Below are positions 18,869 to 24,828 of a DNA stretch of 40,000 bases, piece after piece; within the stretch, counting starts at the first letter, position 1; each line of letters begins with the position of its first letter. The stretch is from Xanthomonas translucens pv. translucens DSM 18974 (GTDB lineage: Bacteria > Pseudomonadota > Gammaproteobacteria > Xanthomonadales > Xanthomonadaceae). Below the pieces are notes generated by a model. It saw only the letters and a list, made by a program, of their open reading frames with translations, was not told the DNA's origin and searched no databases. The translations under genes and the position numbers were made by a program. Location of the stretch: NCBI RefSeq assembly GCF_900094325.1, contig NZ_LT604072.1, one strand, 5' to 3'.

Positions 18869-19043
18869 TAAGCGAACAATTTCTATTGGCTGTCGCGGTA
18901 GCAATGAAAATGGGGTCAGAGTGAAATTATTTCGATGTTCCGCACCTACTGAAGTGCACTCAAACCTCAGGATAAGAGTGTACTTTTGTCCATGTCTGTG
19001 CCCTATAAGTGCACCTTGACCACCCGTCCATTGAGGAAAGCCG

Positions 19044-19868
19044 ATGTCCCTAGTTCTGGAGTTGCAGCGAGCCGCAATGGATCAGAGCCAAAGTGTGTCT
19101 GACGTACTAAGGAAAGCTCTCGTCGTGTCAACCAAACTGAAGTTGATAGACTTCCAGCAGTGGTGCGATCTTGAGGTAAATGGATACGGTGGAGCCGAAG
19201 TTCCGCCGTATCGAATTGTTAATGGGACCGTAAAAGCCCACAATCCATACAATGGGTGGATTCCGGTCATTATGAGTGACAGCGAGTCGCAGCAATTAAT
19301 CTCACAGAGAGCTGTCGGACAGCCGGTCGGAGAATTGGAGCATCTAGTTTCGAGCAAAGAGAAAGGGCATTTGCAAATGACCTTTCCTTCGGAGGCACTG
19401 TACAAGATTTTTGGTCGCAGCGAGTCGTTCCAACTTGGTATGATCCCTATACTTATCATCGGGAGAAGTCAGGTAGTCAGTATACTTGAAGCGGTACGCA
19501 ATAAAATTTTGAATTGGAGTTTGACGCTGGAGCAAAATGGAGTTCTTGGCGAGGATCTTACGTTCACAAAAGAAGAAGTACAAAAAGCTTCTGGCGCAAC
19601 TTACAATATTGGTCAATTCCACGGTGTACTAGGTAATGTTTTGCACTCTGAAGTCCAAGTTGGCGACTACAACGGTATTCATTCCAAACTAAAAGACGCC
19701 GGTATCCCACAGAAGGAGAGAAACGAGCTGGAACAGATACTAGATGACATGCCGAAGGCGCAAGGGCCTCGCCGTACGTCACTTATGGCTCAGGGTGCAG
19801 CGTGGGTAGTTAGAAATGGTGAAAAACTAGGTGCACTATCAGGTGCAATAAAAGAGTGGTTCGAGTAA
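19044..19868 (+). CDS. AbiTii-domain protein (abortive-infection family candidate)
   Basis: 274 aa with GAGGAAAG SD. N-terminal LELQRAAMDQSQSVSDVLRKALVVSTKLKLIDFQQWCDLEVNGY...PPYR, plus central ILEAVRNKILNWSLTLEQNGVLGEDLTFTKEE, match my recollection of AbiTii-domain proteins. Confidence 0.55.
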   Translation: MSLVLELQRAAMDQSQSVSDVLRKALVVSTKLKLIDFQQWCDLEVNGYGGAEVPPYRIVNGTVKAHNPYNGWIPVIMSDSESQQLISQRAVGQPVGELEHLVSSKEKGHLQMTFPSEALYKIFGRSESFQLGMIPILIIGRSQVVSILEAVRNKILNWSLTLEQNGVLGEDLTFTKEEVQKASGATYNIGQFHGVLGNVLHSEVQVGDYNGIHSKLKDAGIPQKERNELEQILDDMPKAQGPRRTSLMAQGAAWVVRNGEKLGALSGAIKEWFE

Positions 19869-19887
19869 ATAAATGCAAAGGCAAGTG

Positions 19888-19940
19888 CAAAGGGGCAGAG
19901 GAAATATGCGTTTGAAATGGGTATTGCCTCTGGCCCCTTT
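19888..19940. repeat. Island palindromic element A (about 20-bp arms, 13-nt loop)
   Basis: CAAAGGGGCAGAGGAAATAT gcgtttgaaatgg GTATTGCCTCTGGCCCCTTT. It begins 20 nt after the AbiTii-like stop. A partial left-arm duplication (tgcaaagg) lies just upstream. Confidence 0.85.
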
Positions 19941-19941
19941 A

Positions 19942-20078
19942 TAGCGCGCCCGCCTCGGCGGCGTCGCCATCAAGCTCAACCAGACCTACCACGGCGACAC
20001 CGTCAGCTGACCCCGAAGGCGCGGTGCAGGTGGCCCTGCTGCTGCCCAAGCCCCGCCAGAACCGCTTCACCGTCATTA
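19942..20078 (+). pseudogene. Captured, diverged fragment of a LamG-protein gene homologue (matches 16386-16530 of the intact gene)
   Basis: Alignment by eye shows roughly nine-tenths identity over about 140 bp with a 12-bp deletion (ctggcgcttcgcc region). It is bounded exactly by palindromic elements A and B. Confidence 0.8.
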
Positions 20079-20157
20079 GTTCAAGGGCCTAGTTCAAAGG
20101 GGCCAGAGGAAATATGCAAATAAAGGGGTCGGAGGAAATAAATTTCTCCTCCGGCTC
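20079..20157. repeat. Island palindromic element B (duplicated left arm plus variant hairpin)
   Basis: gttcaagggcct agttCAAAGGGGCCAGAGGAAATATgc, followed by the variant hairpin GGGGTCGGAGGAAAT-aaa-TTTCTCCTCCGGCTCT. Confidence 0.75.
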
Positions 20158-20180
20158 TAATTTTCCACAATGGAGCCAAC

Positions 20181-20510
20181 ATGTACGCTGCAATCGTCCT
20201 CTTCGCAACACTAATCACCTTGCTCGCCCCAACATTGGCATTCGCACATCCAGGCGGTCTGAACGCCGAAGGCTGCCACAACAACCGGAAGACCGGTGAG
20301 TACCATTGCCACCGAGGTGGCGCTTCTGGCTCCGGAAGCTCTGCTGTCCCTCGGCATAGCTTCTCTGCACCAGCCCGGGCCAGTGCCAACACTCTGCCGT
20401 TTGCCAACTGCACCGAAGCTCGGGCCGCGGGCGCCGCCCCCGTCCGCCGTGGCGATCCAGGGTACGCTCCCAAGTTGGACCGCGATAACGATGGCATTGG
20501 GTGCGAGTGA
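20181..20510 (+). CDS. Secreted YHYH-motif / Excalibur calcium-binding domain protein
   Basis: 109 aa with a signal peptide (AIVLFATLITLLAPTLAFA), the YHYH-type motif HPGGLNAEGCHNNRKTGEYHCH, and the C-terminal Excalibur motif FANCTEARAAGAAPVRRGDPGYAPKLDRDNDGIGCE. Confidence 0.8.
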   Translation: MYAAIVLFATLITLLAPTLAFAHPGGLNAEGCHNNRKTGEYHCHRGGASGSGSSAVPRHSFSAPARASANTLPFANCTEARAAGAAPVRRGDPGYAPKLDRDNDGIGCE

Positions 20511-20725
20511 TATCCAGAGGCTTGAGCACAACAGCCCGTCCAAGCTGAGGTCGCTTCGCTGTGTGGCCTAATTTGCAGGTCTGCTGTGAGCAGAGAAGAG
20601 ATCTGCGATAGCAGCATCAAGTTCACTTTCAATCTTGCAATTTCGCCACTTCTATCAGTTGACATTCGAAACAACCAGTAGCAATCTATTGCCCAAGGAG
20701 CGTAGAAACTCCTCTAAGAGCGGTA

Positions 20726-20754
20726 CCCACCTCCGACAAACTGGTGGGTTTTTT
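20726..20754 (+). terminator. Rho-independent terminator (CCCACC-N11-GGTGGG-TTTTTT), possibly ending a small RNA
   Basis: Read directly. It lies over 200 nt downstream of the YHYH gene stop and about 65 nt downstream of a TTGACA hexamer at 20660. Confidence 0.6.
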
Positions 20755-20916
20755 GTGCCTGATCCTCAGGCGCAACCGATGCGATGCTTGCGTCGGGAGG
20801 GCGGCTAATACAACACCCTTCGGGGAAATAAGCCCGCCGTCTCTTAGCGGTTTCTAACCTCCCGACATCCCGTCGCCGGCCGGCGGCGGGTTCCTGTCCG
20901 ACAAGGAGGCTTCGCC

Positions 20917-21270
20917 ATGCGTCAACCGTCACCCCGTCCCGCCCCTGCGCGCAAGCATGCCACGCGCAAGGCTGCCTGCTGCCCGAACTGGACCATCGTC
21001 GAGTCCGAGCTCATCCCCATGCTGACGCCCGAGCAGATCGCCGCGGCCGACGCCGCCGAGCTTGCGCGCCAACAACGCCCTCCACGCCGCACGCGCCCGC
21101 CGCAGCGCTGCACCGTCGGCCGCATCCACCAGGCCGCCAGCGGCCAGACCGTGCCGGCGCTGCGCCTGTGCGGCCGCTGGATGGAGGAACTGGGCTTCGC
21201 CATCGGCCAGACCTTGCACGTGCGCGTGCGCGACGGCGAGCTGGTGGTGAGCGTGGCCGCCGCCGATTGA
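20917..21270 (+). CDS. symE: SymE-family (AbrB/SpoVT-fold) type I toxin-like protein
   Basis: 117 aa with a strong SD (AAGGAGG) 7 nt upstream. C-terminal PALRLCGRWMEELGFAIGQTLHVRVRDGELVV matches the SymE-family motif (P.LRL.GrWLe.aGF..G..v.V....g.L.i). The N-terminal half is basic and disordered, as in annotated SymE toxins. Confidence 0.65.
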   Translation: MRQPSPRPAPARKHATRKAACCPNWTIVESELIPMLTPEQIAAADAAELARQQRPPRRTRPPQRCTVGRIHQAASGQTVPALRLCGRWMEELGFAIGQTLHVRVRDGELVVSVAAAD

Positions 21271-21468
21271 TCGGTCACCGTGCATAAAGGGAGCCCACGC
21301 GTGCGGCTATCTATGCCTGCCATGGGGTCGCACACGCCGGCTGTCTGGACAGGCCTCGCGGTATCGTGCCCGCGTATACGTCAGACCGCAGCGTGTTTGG
21401 CCTGGGGTTGACCACGTGGCCCTTCGCTTGCTAAAAGCCTCAGCGCAGGGGTGTATAGGAGATTGAAG

Positions 21469-22686
21469 ATGAGGACCACTTCAAGATTTCTGTTATGTGC
21501 ATTGTTGAATTTTCCTTTCGCACTTGTAGCCCAAGCGCAAGGTGTGCAGGCCGATAGCGTTGAAGCAAAGTCTTATGCAAAAAGCGCAATGATATCGGAG
21601 CAAGAAGCGGCAAAGCGGATTAACTTACAGCAAGGCTCTCAACAGCAAGTTGCCGGGCTAGTGGAGAAATATAGAGATAGGTTGGCTGGTGCATATTGGG
21701 AGGAAGAACCTGAGCTGAGGTTCGTGGTTCGGCTCAAAGGAAGCGAACCCGTCCCTGTTGCTAAAATATCGACAACGTTTGGCGACGTTCCTGTTGTCGT
21801 TAAAACAGGCGCCCCTAAAACTATTGAGGAGCTTTGGGCGATAATAACGGCGCATCAGCAAGAATTATACAAAAATATCCCCGGGCTACAAGGTATGTTT
21901 GTCGACGAGCGTACCGGCGATATTGTTCTTCATGTTTATACCAAGAGTAATGATAAAAGCTCCTACTCGGATGAGGCCGCGTCGCTACAGAAGATTCTTC
22001 AGACACCCGTGCGAATTGACTTCCTTGTAGGTCCAATGCGCCCCGCAGCATATCTGAGAGGAGGATCTATACTGCAAGGATCCAATGGAAATCTCTGCAC
22101 GGGCGGATTTATGGTCAGGCATAGGGCAACTTCCAAAGTCGGAATAGTGACCGCCGGGCATTGTCCTGACACCATGGTCTACTACAATTGGCAGCCATAC
22201 GATAGCGGAGGCCAGATTACGGCAATATTGAAGAAAGAGGGTGAATTATGGGACGCCAAACACGATCTTCAGTGGCATAGCTTCCCTGCAGTGGGATACT
22301 CCGCTCTCGGAGAGATATATGGTTCCGGCACTAGCGAAAGCTCTGGTCTATCCATTCTGTTTGCGGGTGCGCAGAGTGTAGGAGGGCGCATATGCCATCG
22401 CGGCGTCAACACAGGAAACTCATGCGGTGTGGTGTCAAGCACGCGATATAGTTTCCCACCTAAAGCATGCAACGGCAAAAATTGTGATGCAGCCTCGTTC
22501 GCGGTTGCTGTAGGTGATAACTTAGCATGCTTTGGCAGTGATAGCGGAGGGCCAATGTATTCTGGTAACACCGCATATGGCATTGTGACAGCCGCGGCTT
22601 ATGCCGGCGCCAATCCAGGCCAATGCGGCGCCTTGGCTTTCATGCCCATTGGAAAAATTGCGGACGCTGGATTGTCACTCTACTGA
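21469..22686 (+). CDS. Secreted alpha-lytic-protease-like serine peptidase (S1 family, chymotrypsin fold) with N-terminal pro-region
   Basis: ATG at 21469 after AGGAG, with a signal peptide (FLLCALLNFPFALVAQA). Catalytic contexts IVTAGHC (His) and GSDSGGPM (Ser) are present. A pro-domain of about 190 aa lies ahead of the protease core. AT-rich relative to the backbone. Confidence 0.85.
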   Translation: MRTTSRFLLCALLNFPFALVAQAQGVQADSVEAKSYAKSAMISEQEAAKRINLQQGSQQQVAGLVEKYRDRLAGAYWEEEPELRFVVRLKGSEPVPVAKISTTFGDVPVVVKTGAPKTIEELWAIITAHQQELYKNIPGLQGMFVDERTGDIVLHVYTKSNDKSSYSDEAASLQKILQTPVRIDFLVGPMRPAAYLRGGSILQGSNGNLCTGGFMVRHRATSKVGIVTAGHCPDTMVYYNWQPYDSGGQITAILKKEGELWDAKHDLQWHSFPAVGYSALGEIYGSGTSESSGLSILFAGAQSVGGRICHRGVNTGNSCGVVSSTRYSFPPKACNGKNCDAASFAVAVGDNLACFGSDSGGPMYSGNTAYGIVTAAAYAGANPGQCGALAFMPIGKIADAGLSLY

Positions 22687-22716
22687 TGGCGCGCAACTGA
22701 AAAGTCGCGGATATTT

Positions 22717-22743
22717 CCCGCCGCCGGTCGGCGGCGGGTTTTT
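22717..22743 (+). terminator. Rho-independent terminator after the protease gene
   Basis: CCCGCCGCC-ggtc-GGCGGCGGG followed by TTTTT. A second copy lies at 24222-24248 and a T-less relic at about 20868-20892. Confidence 0.75.
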
Positions 22744-22817
22744 CCACCGTCATCCCGCCCTGCCCTGGCGCGCAAGCGTTCAAAACCTAAAGCAAGTTGC
22801 TGCCCGAACTGGACCAT
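22744..22817 (+). pseudogene. symE 5' fragment (truncated at element C)
   Basis: The sequence ...gcaagttgctgcccgaactggaccat matches the symE 5' coding region (gctgcctgctgcccgaactggaccatcgtcgag), then breaks into element C. An in-frame TAA lies upstream and there is no SD/ATG. Confidence 0.7.
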
Positions 22818-22824
22818 AAGGGTT

Positions 22825-22878
22825 CAAAGGGGCCAGAGGAAATATGCATTTGAGATGGATATTTCCTCTGGCCATTTG
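22825..22878. repeat. Island palindromic element C
   Basis: CAAAGGGGCCAGAGGAAATAT gcatttgagatgg ATATTTCCTCTGGCCATTTG. Confidence 0.85.
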
Positions 22879-23260
22879 GATTTTAAGTCTTAGTTTTTAT
22901 AAGTTATGAATTTGATGGCGCGGACGGCAACTTTCGCAGGGCAAATGGCTGCAGTTTGTTCTTTCCTCGTGCCCGGCATCTTAGAGCTGCATTTTGACCC
23001 CGGTTCCCAACAACACGCTGGCGGTGCGGTGAATGCTGGGAAAAGACACAGCGCCGGTTTCCCCGGCTTCTTCGTTATACCGCTAATAGGGCGTTGAGCA
23101 AGCAAAAATGTGACGTGATGCCAGGCGGGAAGCTGACAATGCCGGGAAATGTGAGGTACATAAGGGCTTTGCCGGATTGACGGTGGTCAACAACTCGGCG
23201 AGGATCGTATTATGCCGCGCTTAGACGTCCAATGGTGGTTAGGCCTTTCTGGAGATATTT

Positions 23261-23551
23261 ATGGCAACCATAATTTCGCTTGCTGCCGAGTATGCAAACT
23301 ATCTGCTCTTGAATAGCGATAACCCTAGCGCTGCGAGCGAAATCGCTCAGAGAATCAATGAGCTCAAATATACACAATCTGGAGATTCATTAACTGACTT
23401 CGACAAGAATGATCTTGTAAATAATATTGAGTCAGTACTTCTTCCAGAGAAAAGGACTCCGGATGAACTCTCGATTGTCCTCGAGTCTAAGGATTCGAGC
23501 GAACTTAGCAAGTTGATCCAAGTAATCAGATCTAGCACTATGGGGAATTGA
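23261..23551 (+). CDS. Hypothetical small acidic helical protein (96 aa), first gene of an uncharacterised two-gene cassette
   Basis: ATG with GGAG 8 nt upstream, AT-rich. The stop overlaps the region of the next gene's start. No family was recognised. Confidence 0.5.
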   Translation: MATIISLAAEYANYLLLNSDNPSAASEIAQRINELKYTQSGDSLTDFDKNDLVNNIESVLLPEKRTPDELSIVLESKDSSELSKLIQVIRSSTMGN

Positions 23552-23553
23552 AA

Positions 23554-24084
23554 ATGAGTGGTCCGCTCGTAGTTGTACTAGTCCAACAACTTTCACTTAG
23601 AGTCGCAGCACTTGAGGGGAAAGAGTCCCAATTTTGGATTCCCGTTTTAATTTCAGTTGTGGCGGTGGCTACAAGTATTTTCACTGCTTATAAGGCAAAG
23701 CTCTCGTCCACCGAAAATCTTAAACAAATAGCTCTTCAGGGGATCAAGAGCAACATTGATGCAGCAAAAGCTCAAGTCGAATCGATCGCGATGCAACTTG
23801 CCCTCCTGAAGGCAAAGAGGTCACCAACTAAAGATCAAAAAGACGAACTCGCTATAAAGCAGCAGGTATTCGATAGCATGGTTGAACGACTACTTAATGC
23901 ATACAACGACGGGTGCCAGAAGTTCTATAAAAATCAGGTCATCGCCCAGGATTTCATTGACCTTTATCATCAAGACATTGCAGACTACATTCGCGAGTTT
24001 AAGGAAAAGTTCTCCGGGCCATTAACTAGATTCGATGCCATGCTCAACTATTACAACGAGAAGCACAAAAATCCAAAGGCTTAA
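23554..24084 (+). CDS. Hypothetical membrane-anchored helical protein (176 aa; alternative TTG start at 23548)
   Basis: One clear TM segment (FWIPVLISVVAVATSIFTAY) is followed by long, probably coiled-coil helices (KSNIDAAKAQVESIAMQLALLKAK...). It is tightly coupled to the upstream ORF. No family was recognised. Confidence 0.55.
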   Translation: MSGPLVVVLVQQLSLRVAALEGKESQFWIPVLISVVAVATSIFTAYKAKLSSTENLKQIALQGIKSNIDAAKAQVESIAMQLALLKAKRSPTKDQKDELAIKQQVFDSMVERLLNAYNDGCQKFYKNQVIAQDFIDLYHQDIADYIREFKEKFSGPLTRFDAMLNYYNEKHKNPKA

Positions 24085-24097
24085 CAATTCATTGGCG

Positions 24098-24150
24098 CAA
24101 AGGGCCAGAGGAAATATGCGTTTGAAATGGATATTTCCTCTGGCCCTTTT
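24098..24150. repeat. Island palindromic element D
   Basis: CAAAGGGCCAGAGGAAATAT gcgtttgaaatgg ATATTTCCTCTGGCCCTTTT, starting 14 nt after the 24084 stop. Confidence 0.85.
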
Positions 24151-24155
24151 AGCCG

Positions 24156-24420
24156 GGAAAAATTGCGGACGCTGGATTGTCGCTCTACTGATGGCGCGCA
24201 ACTGAAAAGTCGCGGATATTTCCCACCGCCGGTCGGCGGCGGGTTTTTCCACCGTCATCCCGCCCTGCCCTGGCGCGCAAGCGTTCAAAACCTAAAGCAA
24301 GTTGCTGCCCGAACTGGACCATCGTCGAGTCCGAGCTCATCCCCATGCTGGCGCCCGAGCAGACCAAGGACGTGGTCATGGCTTGCCCACGCTTGCAGGA
24401 GGTCGCCGGCTGCTTGGACT
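24156..24420 (+). pseudogene. Relic unit: last 12 codons of a protease paralogue, its terminator, and an internally deleted symE copy
   Basis: 24156-24322 is a near-identical direct repeat of 22651-22817 (ggaaaaattgcggacgctggattgtc...ctggaccat). The symE homology continues to ...atgctggcgcccgagcag, then jumps to the symE-protease spacer. Confidence 0.75.
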
Positions 24421-24486
24421 AGAGGTTGACCGCGTGGACTCTGGCTTGATAAAAAGCGCAGCGCAGGGGTGAATAGGAGATTGAAG

Positions 24487-24771
24487 ATGAGGACGACTTC
24501 AGAATTTCTATTGGCCGCATTGTTGAATGTGCCTTTTGCCCTTTTAGCGCAGACGCCAGGCGTCAAGGCGGATAGCGTTGAAGCCTGATCTTACGCAAAC
24601 AGCGCGATGCTCTCGGCGCAAGAGGCCGCAAGGCGGATTAACGTGCAGCAGGCCGCGCAACAGCAAGTTGCCGAGCAAGTGGAGAAATACAGGGATCGGT
24701 TGGCTGGTGCGTACTGGCAGGACGAACCCGAACTGAGGTTCGTGATTCGGCTCAAAGGAAACGCGTCCGTC
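24487..24771 (+). pseudogene. N-terminal fragment of an alpha-lytic-protease paralogue (nonsense codon plus truncation)
   Basis: It has the same SD/start context as 21469. The translation MRTTSEFLLAALLNVPFALLAQTPGVKADSVEA* stops at 24586-24588. Same-frame homology (..EKYRDRLAGAYWQDEPELRFVIRLKGNASVP) continues to about 24771, where palindrome fragments begin. Confidence 0.8.
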
Positions 24772-24801
24772 CCTCTGCCCCTTTTGCACTGGCCCCTTTT
24801 G
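24772..24801. repeat. Two right-arm fragments of the island palindromic element (F)
   Basis: CCTCTGCCCCTTTTG cA CTGGCCCCTTTTG. Both resemble the right-arm end CCTCTGGCCCCTTT. Confidence 0.6.
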
Positions 24802-24828
24802 CAGATCTTAGAGCAGACCAATGACGTA

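Noticed and set aside
22890-23105. ORFs 22890..23105 (-) and 22906..23097 (+) in the leader of the unknown cassette
   Set aside because: They are mutually antisense, lack SDs and have no recognisable motifs. The region may be regulatory or RNA-coding rather than protein-coding.
19888-24150. Palindromic elements interpreted as integron attC sites (a CALIN-type cassette array)
   Set aside because: Cassette-like organisation and uniform gene orientation are suggestive. However, the arms lack the R''/R' cores (RYYYAAC ... GTTRRRY) at the expected positions. A lone GCTTAAC before element D has no matching GTTRRRY partner. No intI is in the window. The observation is kept as an unexplained element family instead.
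19905-24205. Mini-ORFs starting at the ATG inside palindromic elements A, C and D (MRLKWVLPLAPL, MHLRWIFPLAIWILSLSFYKL, MRLKWIFPLALLAGKNCGRWIVALLMARN) as type I toxin-like peptides
   Set aside because: The first 10 codons are dictated by the palindrome itself. Lengths and C-termini differ completely between copies, and copies B and E lack an equivalent hydrophobic frame. Noted within the palindrome finding but not called as genes.
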